Notes under the pieces: generated by a model
Seen by the model: the letters and a program-made list of their open reading frames with translations, nothing else
Told to the model about the DNA's origin: nothing
Database searches by the model: none
In this document: positions 13,635 through 26,971 of the stretch, piece after piece
Layout of the letters: every line of letters begins with the position of its first letter
Position numbering within the stretch: the stretch's first letter is position 1
Position numbers and translations under genes: made by a program
NCBI GenBank assembly: GCA_053919585.1
Contig: CM132786.1
Strand: one strand, 5' to 3'
Length of the DNA stretch: 64,000 nt
DNA from: Euprymna scolopes
Taxonomy: Eukaryota

Positions 13635-14885
13635 CTTCCGTATGATCCTTAAAATTGGGCATAGATATGATATGATTCAGATTCGAGGAAAAAATTATTT
13701 AAACCATTCTGTCATCACGATCAATACTTTAAAGGAAGTGGTCTCTCGGGCTTATAGCTTAAAGAACACATATAGTTACTTAAACGATTACTATTAGTTC
13801 TCCATCTGTTCTAGACTCTAAGTGACGATGACTTCGATATCTAAATGGCGTATGCTCTGATTTCCTGTTCAAGATTAACGAAATGTTGGTGAGTTTTAAA
13901 GAAAAAAATGTATTAAATATTAATTATATATCGTCGCTCAAATATAGATAGATTGGATTTTATTCTTTTTTTTACATTTTCTACTTCTATTTCTTAATAT
14001 CTTAGCATCTCTTGTAAACACAATTCACCTCAAATTTATCAAACTGTAGTATTTTAACGAGGGATACGTTTTCATGTTTATTAGTCCTACAGAAATGTTT
14101 ACATCAGCCAAATGAAACATAAAACTGGCGCAATACATAGTCATATAGATTTCAGGATTGTATACAACGAAATCGCAAGAGGTCGAGGTTTAATATGCAC
14201 TGTACAAATCGATTAAAACAAATAAACAACACGAGGAAGATTACGCGATATTAGATGCGAATCAAACGAAAATTCAATAATTATTACAACACTCTGTTTA
14301 ACCAGACCAACAAACAAGAACACATCGGAGGATTGTCTAGAATGATGTAGATACGGCATCTAACATTGCTTGAGTGTCGCTAGAAGGGAAGTTAAAAGAA
14401 GGGGGAACAAAACAAATACGGATATCTGTAGGATTGCCTTGCCAAGAGAGAGGAAGGTTGAATTGAATTGATGTTAGTACGGGCAAACGGATATCGGAAT
14501 TGGGCGGGTGTTTTATTGAGAAGTGTTCTCTGTATCGATATGGTGCATTGCGCTACGCGTAAGGGAAGGGCATGCGCTGAACAGACCACAAATCATCGCC
14601 TTCTTGACATGCGTTCATATCAACTTTGAATGGGCGGGAAGAAATAACGCAAAAACTACAGCGATCAATGTTCGGATGCATGTTCTTATTAATGCTGCCC
14701 GTCTGATTTCATACTGATTTTCGCTTGGCCCATTTCTTTAAATGTTTTCATTGATTTATTTTAGAATTTATATGTAAAATTTGAAATGATGAAACCAGTC
14801 CAAGCCTATTAAAATTGTATTCTATTTTGTCATAAAAAGAATAAATAATGAATTACACAATTCTAAAAAGTAAATCACTTAATTC

Positions 14886-14954
<69 letters not shown>

Positions 14955-14959
<5 letters not shown>

Positions 14960-15170
14960 GTTCACATACACATTTCAGGCTAAAACTAAAACCCAGAATA
15001 AGAAAGAATCGAGTAATTGCATCGACAACGGACAACGCCAGACCTATTGTGGGTTTCGATGTACTGCATCTCATCAGTTGGGTATGGCGTTGTCCGTTGT
15101 CGATGCAATTGCTCGATTCTATCTACTTATGGGTCCTAGCTTCATCGTGAAAAGTGTATGTCAACGGGTA
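14955..15170 (-). mobile_element. 216-bp foldback element with a hammerhead ribozyme in its loop (retrozyme/mini-PLE-like)
   Basis: Ungapped 86-bp arms (14955-15040 / 15085-15170) with 72/86 identity by manual count; directly follows (TA)n; the loop carries an HHR core on the minus strand. Confidence 0.75.
15036..15082 (-). ncRNA. Type I hammerhead ribozyme motif
   Basis: Minus strand: ccaa-CTGATGA-gatg(cagta)catc-GAAA-cc(cacaata)gg-TC^tggcg. Canonical core with intact stems II and III; predicted GUC cleavage between 15041 and 15040. Stem I is imperfect (cca/tgg with one extra A). Confidence 0.8.
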
Positions 15171-15348
15171 TTTATATATCTATTTATAATNNNNNNNNNN
15201 NNNNNNNNNNNNNNNNNNNNNNNNNNNNNNNNNNNNNNNNNNNNNNNNNNNNNNNNNNNNNNNNNNNNNNNNNNNNNNNNNNNNNNNNNNNNNNNNNNNN
15301 NNNNNNNNNNNNNNNNNNNNNNNNNTAAGATATAATTAATATGATGTC

Positions 15349-15440
15349 ATCTCATTTTATATAAAAGGCACTCGGTCTGTATATGTCTGTGTGTTCCTGT
15401 GAGTTCAGTTCCCTTAAACTCCGAAACTGGTTGACTGCTT
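15349..15440 (+). mobile_element. Non-autonomous Helitron-like 5' end (related copy on the minus strand at ~23140-23250)
   Basis: aTCtcattttatataaaagg followed by cactcggtctgtatatgtctgtgtg. The reverse complement of 23140-23250 begins TCtaatctataaacg and contains cactcggtctgtgtgtctgtctg. Confidence 0.45.
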
Positions 15441-15829
15441 TTTTTTTTAAATTCCATACAAATAAGCTTAAGTTATTTTTTTATTGACAGATATGCATCG
15501 AGCGAGAAGAATCAACGATCGAGAGTCGAAAAAAATTAAATACGAAACAGTCTTATTCAGCCTACAACCTCAAGTCTGCTCAGAAAAGCTTTATCAGTGC
15601 ACAAGGAGCATGACCATACATATAATATGAATAGTAGTATTTATATTGTACAGGGAATCGTTCAAAATAAATGTTTCGGTTGTGAACATAATTGAACTAT
15701 GGTGATGATTTTTTTTTCATTTTAAACTTTACTGCCAGGCATTATATCATTATATTGTTCTGAAATTAATAATAAGTTTCTTATGGTACACTATAGACTG
15801 TAGTATATTGTGAATGTATTAATTGCCGG

Positions 15830-16620
15830 GAAGCGCATGACCACAGAACAAAAAATACATTATTACAATTTATGAAATGAAGTATATAATACCTATGCAA
15901 TTGTATTTGTAACAAATAAACGAATACTACACTAAATACACAAAACAAGCAGCTGTCCGTTAATGGATACATGATTTCATGACCACAGATAAGGTAATAT
16001 ATTATAAACATTTCTAACCAAAAGAGGAGATTTGTCATAGAGGAGAGTAATATTACAACAAAACAAACAATTCACCATCCCATCACACCAACAAAGAAAG
16101 TTGCTGATAATCCCAAGGTGTATTGTTCATGACAACAGAACATTGACTACATTATCAGAACTACCGAAAAAGCAGGTTCTAATATATTAGAGGATGGTTA
16201 CATAACAAAAATAAACGGGAACACTATGAAGTCTACACAAAGCTGTTGTATATCAAATCCATATGGCAGATTCTACATTATCTTTACTTCAAAAACGAGA
16301 TATATCCACGGAGAAGTGTCTCATGGTAACGGAATAAAACAACAATAAACTGTTTTTTTTTCAATAATTCTGATGCATGTCTCAGTAAAAACACACTATA
16401 TTATGACTACTTATGAAAAAGAAAGAGGAGATAAAGTTTAAGATGGCTGTCTCATGACAACAAATTTACACTACATCCTAAACATGATACTGTTTGTAAT
16501 ACCTGGATGTATGTTCTCATGCCTACTGCATAGATATTATATTATCACTGATTAAAACAGCTTGTGATGGTTGTCTCATGACGACAAAACATCAATTACA
16601 TCACTCTCTCCTTCTAAAAA
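15830..16620. repeat. Decayed ~60-70-bp-period array with conserved core TGTCTCATGACAAC
   Basis: Cores at ~16124, 16195, 16317, 16378, 16448, 16512 and 16572; weaker ones at 15834 and 15974. Confidence 0.6.
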
Positions 16621-19600
16621 ATGTAGCTACTTTTAATCGCTTTGGATATGATATAATAACCAGTGTTTAAATACTATATTATTACGTATTCGTAAAAATG
16701 TAATCCGTGGGTAGGGATTACGCAACCGGTGTATTACTATAGACACATAAATTTATGTAGATTACATATTGGCGATCGGGTAGTGGTTAGGAAACATTTG
16801 CCTCCCTATAGACTTATCAAACAGTGTTAGATTGAAAATATACACCACCTTATGTATTTGTTTTTTTAACCATTTTTGTAGTTTTGATGGCAAGTAAAAA
16901 TGCGTCCGATCAGAGGATTTGGGGGTGTTGTAAAGAGGTCGGCGCCTTATCTGGACTCCAGCGATTGGTTAGCCTTTGTTCGCCGAAGCAAACAAATAAA
17001 CAAAAAACAAAATTAACTTTATTTTTCGTTATGTAATCAGCTGTGTTTTCTGAAAATCGAATTATGCCTCTATGGCGTTTGATTGCAGTTTGTTTCATTA
17101 TTTGGATTATCAATGCGACATTTCAATTATTGTTTTTGTTTAAGTAGCTTTTGGCAATTTTAATTATAGTTTTGTTTCGTCGTTTTGCCTGTCACCCTTC
17201 ATTTTTGCCACTCGGTACACACGATCTTTATAATCTTTCGTGATTTCCTGATTGTTCAAAAACGTCCATAGCAGTATGTTCTGACAGCATCCCTCGTCTT
17301 CATAAACCGCAACCAATACCATTTGGTACAGAATAGAAAACACCCAATAAAAACAAATGCATAAGTCAGTGCACTTCCTAATGACACATAATAATAATGC
17401 TATAAAATATAAACATGAACTGTGACAAAGATTGTAAGAGTCAACTTTGTTATGCATATAATATACTGGTATTAGTTTACACGTCCATGGTTTTTCCTTC
17501 AATTGTTTTAAGTACATCACAGCATTAGAAAAAAAGAATAAAATTTATTTCCGTATTGAGTTAAAAAATGCTGTAACCCTCATAATTTTGTTAAATGATT
17601 GATGACACTCATTGGAACAACCTCAATATTTTGTTATCATCTAGTAAATATCATTCGATGTATAGCATGCAGGATTCTGTTCACTTTTACATCTTTGTAA
17701 TTCAAGAGAATTTTGTAATATTTTTATTGGAATCTTCGGAGAGGAGTAATTTGTGCATTTATTTATATATTTGAGGAATGTTATCCTCATCGTCATAGTT
17801 ATTGTATCACCGGTTTAAACGTGATGAGACCACAACTACTATGGGCGGCAATAATTATTATGGATACAGTTATGAGACTCAGCATTACTATCCCGTCGCG
17901 GTTAAACCCATGAAAAAGAACAGACAATCCACTGTTCAGAACGCCGTAATACCACAACAATCATGAAGATGAAGATAATAGTCTGCAAAAAAAATAGATT
18001 AAAACAAAATATTCTTAATTTTAAAATAATATATTAAAAATATGAAGTATCTACTAGACGCCCCACGTCGTTTACTGCCCGACTAAACCGGTAAGAAAAC
18101 AAAGTATTATCTACTTTTATTTAATTTTAGGAGGATAACTACCGAAACTCAATAACCGTACTTCTTGTATAAAATATAATTCCTTAACAGTACATGTTAC
18201 CCTTTGTCAGCCATGGGCAGCATGAATTTAACCAAGACCCAGCGTTTCCTAACGCGTATCTATCACAACTCTATATTATCCCTGCCAACAACTCCGCCAG
18301 AATTGTAGTTGCTATTTCTTTACTTTATACGATCTAAAACTAATCCAATTATCCCCGTGTATGTGACCGTCCGGCCTACCTGGATATAATTTTCTAATTC
18401 CACAACAGATGATTCACTTGGTACGTTATGTATGTGTGCTGATTTGTGTGACCACTTCTCTGAGGAATCTGCCACGTAAAACAATGCTCTAGTGATCGTA
18501 TCTTCTAAGTAACGATCCGTATCTATGCTTTGCCCCCTTTCACATGATATCATACTACGTGTTACGAGACAGCACCCGATCAACGGAAAGTTGCATCCAT
18601 TATGTAAATTGGCATGTTGAACTTGAAAGTCGGCATGCTGTGTTTTTAAATATATGCCCGAACAGCTGGGTTGTCTTGGAATTATCAATGCGGGTTCTGT
18701 AACGAACTCAGCGTAGTAAGAATTTTCTACTCTTTGACATACGTTACTTGGAGGTGATCAGCACGCACCGTTGTAAGCGTGCCCGTGAATTGCTTTTTTT
18801 TAAAATTCTGTAAGAGCGAAAAAGCAGTATTTTTAATTACGAGACAATATGTTCACCAGCACACATCCAATTTCTCCTATCTTCTGATTGCTTGCATAAA
18901 ATACTAAGTCACCAATCTAACACTGTGTGTGATGCTTCTACTATAATTTTACTTTGTTTCTTAATGGGGTCCCTCACTCTAGCGAATGGCTGTCCTCTAG
19001 AGAAAAATTATGATGTTCACTTCCATAGGATGATCAAGGACGGCTCCATATTTTTAGCCAATGGAACCTTGCAGTTTTCTACATTGATTAAACTACATTT
19101 AACGTGTCTGTTGCTATTGATGTTGGTATCTGGAGGTAGAACGTCGTGCATCGTTCTATGAAACATTTCTTACTCTCAGGATGATTGAATTACGAAGCCA
19201 CATGACGCAGGTTAAAGTCTACTAATGACTTTTGCTGATTTAGTTTGTGTTCACTGGTATGTTACCAGTTACATGCTGCATTTGTTTCACAACTTTAGGG
19301 AAAAGCTCATCGATTAATAGAGGTATGGATGATTCTGTTTTTTGTATAGGGAATAGTAAAACTTCCTACACGTAATTATACATATCTATACATATAGCTA
19401 TGCACTGGTAACCTGGTAACCTATTTGCGTAGGCCCCAGAAACAAATTTAACGAAGGGGAATGAAACCAATTCACACCTTTCCGTGTGGGGTTATTATCT
19501 CTTCAAATTCCTAGTTTGGCACTGAATACATTTACTTAGGGCATCGTTTGTATTCCCAAGTAAAAATAGGCCGGGCATATTTTACTTCAATTGCGTGAAA

Positions 19601-20200
19601 CATTTACACCAAGTCCATGTGTACATTGCCAAATACAGTATTCCTATTATGCAAAGGAGGGGATATCCGATTACATATTAGACAATAGTTTTGTTTGTCA
19701 TAACCTAACGAAGCAGCACCTGCTGTGAAGAGAAATACGGATTTATGATTAGGAAATCTTGCTTAACTATGCCTCATCACACTATGGTGATTAAAACCAG
19801 AGAGTGTAGTTAGTTCATAAATAGCCTTCCTTACTATAGACTAATATACTTTATAATTGATATTTTGTTTGGCAAGAATTGTTATGTAATTTGTCTAGTA
19901 TGCAACATAAAAATGACGGAGTATTTCTCTCAGGCCACGTTTTGTTCATGCTTTGTTCGTGCAGACTAAATCTATATCAGATATTTATCATTTTTGGATT
20001 AATGTATACTAATTATGAGATACTTAGCAGGGGTACTCGACGTTGTTCGGGATATAAAAATGAAAATGACGGTGTGTGTTACTTCAATTTCAAAATGATA
20101 CTGTGTCATTAACTAAAAAAACACACACACACATTGGTAATAATCGTTTTGGAAATAACAAATACACTGTAAATCCAAGTACAAAGAAATTAAAGTAGAA

Positions 20201-20283
<83 letters not shown>

Positions 20284-21399
20284 CAAAAGTTTATGCGATA
20301 CTTATATACATACATTCACACTAATAGACATTTTTCCTCTATATTATTGAGTTGCAGTGAACCCGGTGTTGCGTGTGTTCGCAAATAAGAATTAGAAGAA
20401 ATTAACTGCGTTAGGATACATCTGCTAAGAATAGTACCAATTTTTCTATTATTATACGTCAATTCCATCTTGGGCAACATCTTTTCTTGTAAATTCTGAA
20501 GCATTTCTATCCCCACCTGTAGTCGCGCATATGATTGAAATTTCTTTTACTGTATTTTAATGTAACAATTGCAATAAAAATAACTACGGAAAAATTTGAT
20601 TGAATAGAGGAAATACTTCGTTAAAAAAACGGGTAAAATCAAGAAAATGTAATCGCGTTAAAAAGATCCATCAACAGTTCTATCTCCCGAATCCGTTGAG
20701 GTGAGAGGGGAGGTAAACAAAAGATGAAGGGGCACAAAACAAGACACATTTCTAAGGTGATTGAGAACGTTTGATGCCTATATACAACATAATATCTCGA
20801 TATTTTTTAAATGCTCTGTTAGTCTAATAAATATCTTTTTACGGCCCGATCCAACGCCCGTGTTAGTTTGTTAGTAACTAGCTCAACATGGTTAGAAAAC
20901 GTTTAGATTTGTTAATGACAGAAGAGAACACACTTTAAGATAAAACAAACTGAATTTAATTCAATTATAAAAATAACAAAATAGAAAAAAAAATCCAAAT
21001 ATAAATAAAAACGTTTTTCCAGAACTTTACAAACCAAAAAAATGATTCTAAACTAAAATAAACGTGTTTATGTTTTATAAATAATTGCTAATTACTTATA
21101 GTGTTATTAAAAGAATAAAAATAATAAAAAAAAGTTCTAGTCGCGAACTTTAAAACAAACGGCGTAAGCGAACAGAGTATCCATTATGCAGAACTGGCAA
21201 TTATGTTACGCCGATTTACGTTTTTAAAATGGAGGAAAGTATGAGTAGAATTCACACATGCGTAGAAGCCTATCATTCATCTCGCTTCTTAAAATAACAT
21301 TACACTCTACCTCCAAGAATTGATGATTTTTCAAATTTTACATATTATACATACGGATATCTGTTCCCTCAGTCGATACTGTATTCATAGTGTTCCGGG

Positions 21400-21975
21400 T
21401 TTTTATTTTTTTTTCGTTTTTATTTCTTTATTTTTTTACACGGTGGCCACTATTATCAAGGCCCGGAAGCCACTCAGGGATAAGGATTATTGCAAGAACA
21501 GTACGTTAGTGTGGAGATTTGATGAAGTGTTTACTTAAGGGGGCGGTTCATTAGGAATTTGTTAACGTTGGACTTGAATACATCCAAGTTTTAGTCAGGT
21601 GGGAAGCAGGCAGACGGAACAGAGTTCCACAGGCGTGCAGTTCTAAGAAAGAAGCTTTGTTTATGGAATCAACGTTTTGATTTAGGCACAGATAAAGAGT
21701 GGGGAAAATTTTTCACAGTGGATTCAGCTAGATGGGTGTTTTTCGTGAAAGATTGGCGAGGGGGGATCAGAGATTGGAGTTCAGACGAGCACCTGCCATA
21801 GAAATAACGATAAAACAAGGATACGGTCTCAACGTCTCTTCTGTGAGAGAGAGGTTGCAGGGCAGAGAAAAGGACACCCCTCACTAAGTCACGAAGTCTA
21901 TTTTGTACTCTGTCAAGGCAGGATAGGCTGTTTTTAGCAGCTCCTGCCCAGATATGGCAGCAGTATCCCATGCTA
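21400..21975 (-). mobile_element. 5'-truncated CR1-group LINE 3' end (ORF2 C-terminus, 3' UTR, A-rich tail)
   Basis: ORF 21669-21971: YCCHIWAGA..LDRVQ..LQPLSHRR..SLFYRYFYGRCSSEL, continuing into SFFLRTARLWNSVP; T-rich tail on the plus strand at ~21400-21437. Confidence 0.88.
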
Positions 21976-23811
21976 GCTTACCCTACAAACAAATATATTT
22001 ACAGAAACGCAGGTGCTTGCCTTTACATACTAAATAACGCAATCTTATTACTTTAGCGATTCTTAGTAAACTGATTAGTCCTCATGTGTATAAAATACTA
22101 TAACCATTGAAAATAGTCGAATCTTTAAGTAAACATACAGCCAAATCTAGGCCAACTGCCTCCAATCTAAGCTTATATTAACAATAAGATTCTTTTATTA
22201 GCTCTTTGTTTTAAAGGAGGGCCCAATAAAAAAACAACCATTTTTTTTAATCATGAATAAAAATAATTGGAAAAGTCTAGTATTAAAACCTATTGGGAAA
22301 AATATATATGGAAAAATATTTAAAAATAATGCTCAATGTGTCACAAAACATAGTTATTTTTCTGATCTTTATTCTCGGTTGAAAAAGAATGTCAAATATA
22401 TTCTAATTATATTTTAATTTTATTTTTTATTTTTTTAGCCTATATTGAATGGAAATAAAACAAATAGAAATTGAGTAGGAGCACATTTTTATTACAGAGA
22501 ATGAGTTGATGCTTACAAAATAATAATAAAATGACGTAACTCTACTCAAATGAAAATACAAAGGAGTCTATTAATTACTAGCTTTTAAGAATTTCTCCAA
22601 GTCTTTTTTTAGTAGTAGAAAAGGCTTGATAGCAATTCACATTGCTTTCTTAAATTCAGATGATTTTTTTATTTGGTTGGCCTGTAGTTTAGAAACAGTC
22701 CAACTGCCTAGCACATGATTTTAGTTCCGATTTCATATATTATATGGATTGGATTTTTTTGTTTTATCAACATCATTTAAGCGAGTGAATACGCGCATGT
22801 ATACATTGATATATTATTAAACTGTGATAATATTTTATTACTCCTCTGTCGTATAATTTAACAATTAACTTTTATGGCATGTATACTTGTTTCCAAATTG
22901 TATGTATTATTACTGAACGATCACGGCAACAGATACCTATCAATAGTATATTCGTTTTGAACAAAACTTATTAAAAACATTAATTAAAAGCAAACTAGGA
23001 CGAACGTACAAATGTTTAACGATTGTTCAATTCATATCCATTTTTGACCGCTTAAAACAATTTGGACCGGTTAAATACACATAAAAGTATAGCTTGTAAA
23101 ATATCTTATTATTTGAGACCCCTAGGCCTGCTCAGCAACTGTAAGTTTCGGAGAGAATAGAGTTTGAAAATATGAAGACGAGCAGACAGACACACAGACC
23201 GAGTGACTGAAACAGTGAAAGACAGTCATATACTCGTTTATAGATTAGAATATTTTATAATTTACAGAAACTTAATACAGATACTTACGCAATATCTGAC
23301 AAAATTAAATAATACCTTAGAATATTTGTCAAGAATTGTTTTTGTTTTTTTTTTGCTATGCATAGGTAATCCTTCAGTCTTCCTCGGCGGTATTGTAATG
23401 CAATCGCATATTTCTGTTGAATATCCGCTTGCCACATTGAGCAGAAAGTAACGTGTTTTGTTTTCATCGTTAAGTTTATCTTCGTAGTCTGTTTTCGGTG
23501 CAAATTGCCTTTGATGTCTTCATTGGCGTCGGATACAAAAGAGAGTGAATATCTTGGTTGATCGCATCTCTCTCTTGACCCGTATGTGTTTGACTATTTT
23601 CATCTCATGTTGTATTCCCCGATCTTTATAAACCTATCGTTTCTCTAGTGTTAGTATCAACTGATAAAATTTCTGATCTAGACGCTCTGTTTTTATACTG
23701 AAATATGAATCATTTAAGTAAAACCTTAGTAGTTTTGTTTTTATAATACACTTCATATGGGTTACGGTGTTTCTTTTCCACGATAACATTAAAAAATATA
23801 CAAATATACGC

Positions 23812-23892
<81 letters not shown>

Positions 23893-24409
23893 GAGCCCAA
23901 ATCTAATTAGGCCCCGTTTCTTAGTGTTTTGTCCGAATGAAATGAAACTTTGGTGATAACTAGTTTATTGTATTCAAAACATCACATCAAAACACTAGGA
24001 TCTTTGGCCCTTTTCTCCCCGTTCTACAGCATATGTTCTACATGGCCTCCATAATGCTTTNNNNNNNNNNNNNNNNNNNNNNNNNNNNNNNNNNNNNNNN
24101 NNNNNNNNNNNNNNNNNNNNNNNNNNNNNNNNNNNNNNNNNNNNNNNNNNNNNNNNNNNNNNNNNNNNNNNNNNNNNNNNNNNNNNNNNNNNNNNNAAGA
24201 GAGACAAACAGATTTGAATATATGTGCATTTAATGGTGTGGAATAATATTTTTCTTGTCCTGTGTCTAAAAATTTGTAAACAAATGTCATTAACAATATG
24301 AAGTTTAGCTGTAACATTCTGTGGCTTAGTGGTTCCTTCCTATACATAGATAGTTTTGCAGACATACATATAAATTATATACTTTTGTATATGAATATTT
24401 CTAACAATA

Positions 24410-24414
<5 letters not shown>

Positions 24415-24466
<52 letters not shown>
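24415..24466. repeat. (TTA)n microsatellite (others at ~39315-39371, 52128-52167, 57880-57950)
   Basis: Visible trinucleotide run. Confidence 0.95.
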
Positions 24467-26915
24467 GATCATCATCATACACATCATCATATTCACCTGT
24501 ATATTAATATCCGTATTCGTTTCGGCCGTTATTATGCTTTCCATCTCTTAAATGTAAAGTGGAATATTCGAAATGGCAAATAACCATTGTAGTATAATAA
24601 AACAAAACAAAAAGTGTTGTCGCTGTAAGATAAAACCTAGCCGCATTCTGATTGGATGAGGAAACCCCTATTAGATAGGAGAAAACTTGCCTACCAATAA
24701 CAGCTAAAGCAACCTATGACGATTTGCTTGAATACTTAAATAATCTACGTATTAACGTTTATTCATAAAGACTAAAAGAAGGAAATATAGAAATAAAACA
24801 AATTGTTTAGCTGAAGATTCTATTGTCAAAATTTTAAATGAATGTTATAGATTCTTTTTAAAATTTTGAATTATTTTTTGTTCGGAAATAAAATTAAATT
24901 AGAAGAAAAATCATGTGTATGTTACTGCGCTATTTGTTTTTTTTATTATATTTACAGTTATGTTTAACATTTCTATACATTAATACATTTTATTTGTTTT
25001 CATTATATTTTTTTTGATAAGAGGATGTAAAATACAGGTACTTATGCAAAGAAACGACCGTGCATTTTTTTCTTAAATTTAATTATTACGGTATCTATTC
25101 TATATTAAATTGCTATGTGAAACTACAGATTTTAAAAAAAAAACATGTTAATAATGACTTTCAAAATAACGTTATTATATTAGCACATTCTTTTCTTTCC
25201 AAGAGCATCTTTTTTTATTTAAATAAGCATCACCATTTCTCTCATTTATTTTGTTTGTTTGAATAATTCTTATTAATTACCCTCTTTCATAGCGTTTCGC
25301 ATATCTAGATGTAAAACTGAACGAGAATGCTTAACTTTAACCTTTAAACATATCCAGAAATTTATACAAGTGTAAATACTTCTAATCTCCTCCAAATGAC
25401 CAGGATACCATGCTTTCCCCATTATTTTTATAGACAAAAAATTCCGACGCTGACTCATTTACAGATTTGGCAATCTTCTAAACTTTATTGTTAGGTAAAA
25501 TTAAAACATAGTTACAACATACCTTTCACCTCCTCATGTTTAGCACTGCTTCCTAAATAAAGATTTCTGTGTGGTAACATATATGCATAACTATCATATT
25601 TTTTTATAATTATTTACTTAAGCACCAAATCTGATGAAATATTTTTATTATTTGTTATGTATTTTGTTTTTTCTTTAATTTTTATATATTTTTAGCCATA
25701 TAAATTAAAAAGAATTAAATTTTAAAAAAATCTGTTTTCTTATTTCGAAATATTTAATCAACTAAAAATTCCATATTTAACTTCATTACTAAGTAACGAA
25801 AAGAAATAAAACGGTGATGTTACAACTGGAGGAAGGATAAGGCTGATAATTAGACCCTTAAAAGGTAAATTCTTCTTTAAAAAGCTGGCAAGACTGGCAA
25901 AACACTATCGATCTCTTTATCACATAAAATCTGGAGCAAATTTCATAATCACCGTTATGTCCCAACTTACATCCACAAGAAGGCAGAGAAAGACACAAGG
26001 TCGGTATTAACGTGGAGAAAACCCAATTGCTTAAAAAAGAGTCATTCTGGATAAGGGAAAAATGCAACTATTTGGGCGGTATAGGACCAGCACAACCCCC
26101 ATCCCCGCTTCTCCACCGTCTTCCCAAATGTAAACATCATTTTTGTAAAATATTCAACGATTTTTCTCTGGCGCGTTACTTAAGGAAAACGGTTACTTAA
26201 ACTACAGATGCACTTATTAAAAGCTATAGAATTTGTATTGTGGTATACTACATTCCCCCAAAAAGGACGAAATACGTGAAAATGTTATTGTAATCTGTTA
26301 GTGAAAACTTACTGATAGCGTTCTCTTTAATATAAAATGAGGTGAAAACTATTGTTTTAAATTTATGAAAATTATGTCTAATAATTTAAATTATGTATTC
26401 ATGCGCCTTGCTAGACGTCACGTGACTAGGCGCTACCGCTCACTCGCACGTTGGGATGACAGAAAGCGATGTGATGCTGAAAATATTGCCAGGGTCAAGG
26501 GGTTAATACCATGCAAAGAGTAAATTTGCGACGGGTGTGAATATAAGATTCATCATCAGCAACCCCCAAAACTCCCCCCAAAACAAAGTTTATTGATTCA
26601 TGTTTTGTTTTATTCCAAGTAAATATTTGACGATTTCTCCTCCACTGATCTAAGTCAGAGAAAATGAACTGTAGTAGCGGAACAGATACACCACTCTGAG
26701 CTAGCGCAGTGCCAAGAATATGTAAACAATCATATCGGTGAAACGTTCTCTTTAAAAATATAAAAAAATATAAACAGAACTTCAAAACCACACTGTCGTT
26801 CCACCCGGCATGCTCTGAATAGAACTGCAACATCTACCATCTGAAAAGGAGGTGTTTTACTAAATATAATGAATATCGTCACAGGTACAACAAATAAGAT
26901 AGTTATACTTAATAC

Positions 26916-26970
<55 letters not shown>

Positions 26971-26971
<1 letters not shown>

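Noticed and set aside
15830-16620. CRISPR array
   Set aside because: The repeats are too degenerate, the context is eukaryotic and there are no cas genes; kept only as a motif array.
17164-17520. 118-aa minus-strand ORF as a host exon
   Set aside because: No recognisable domain or convincing splice context; length is compatible with chance.
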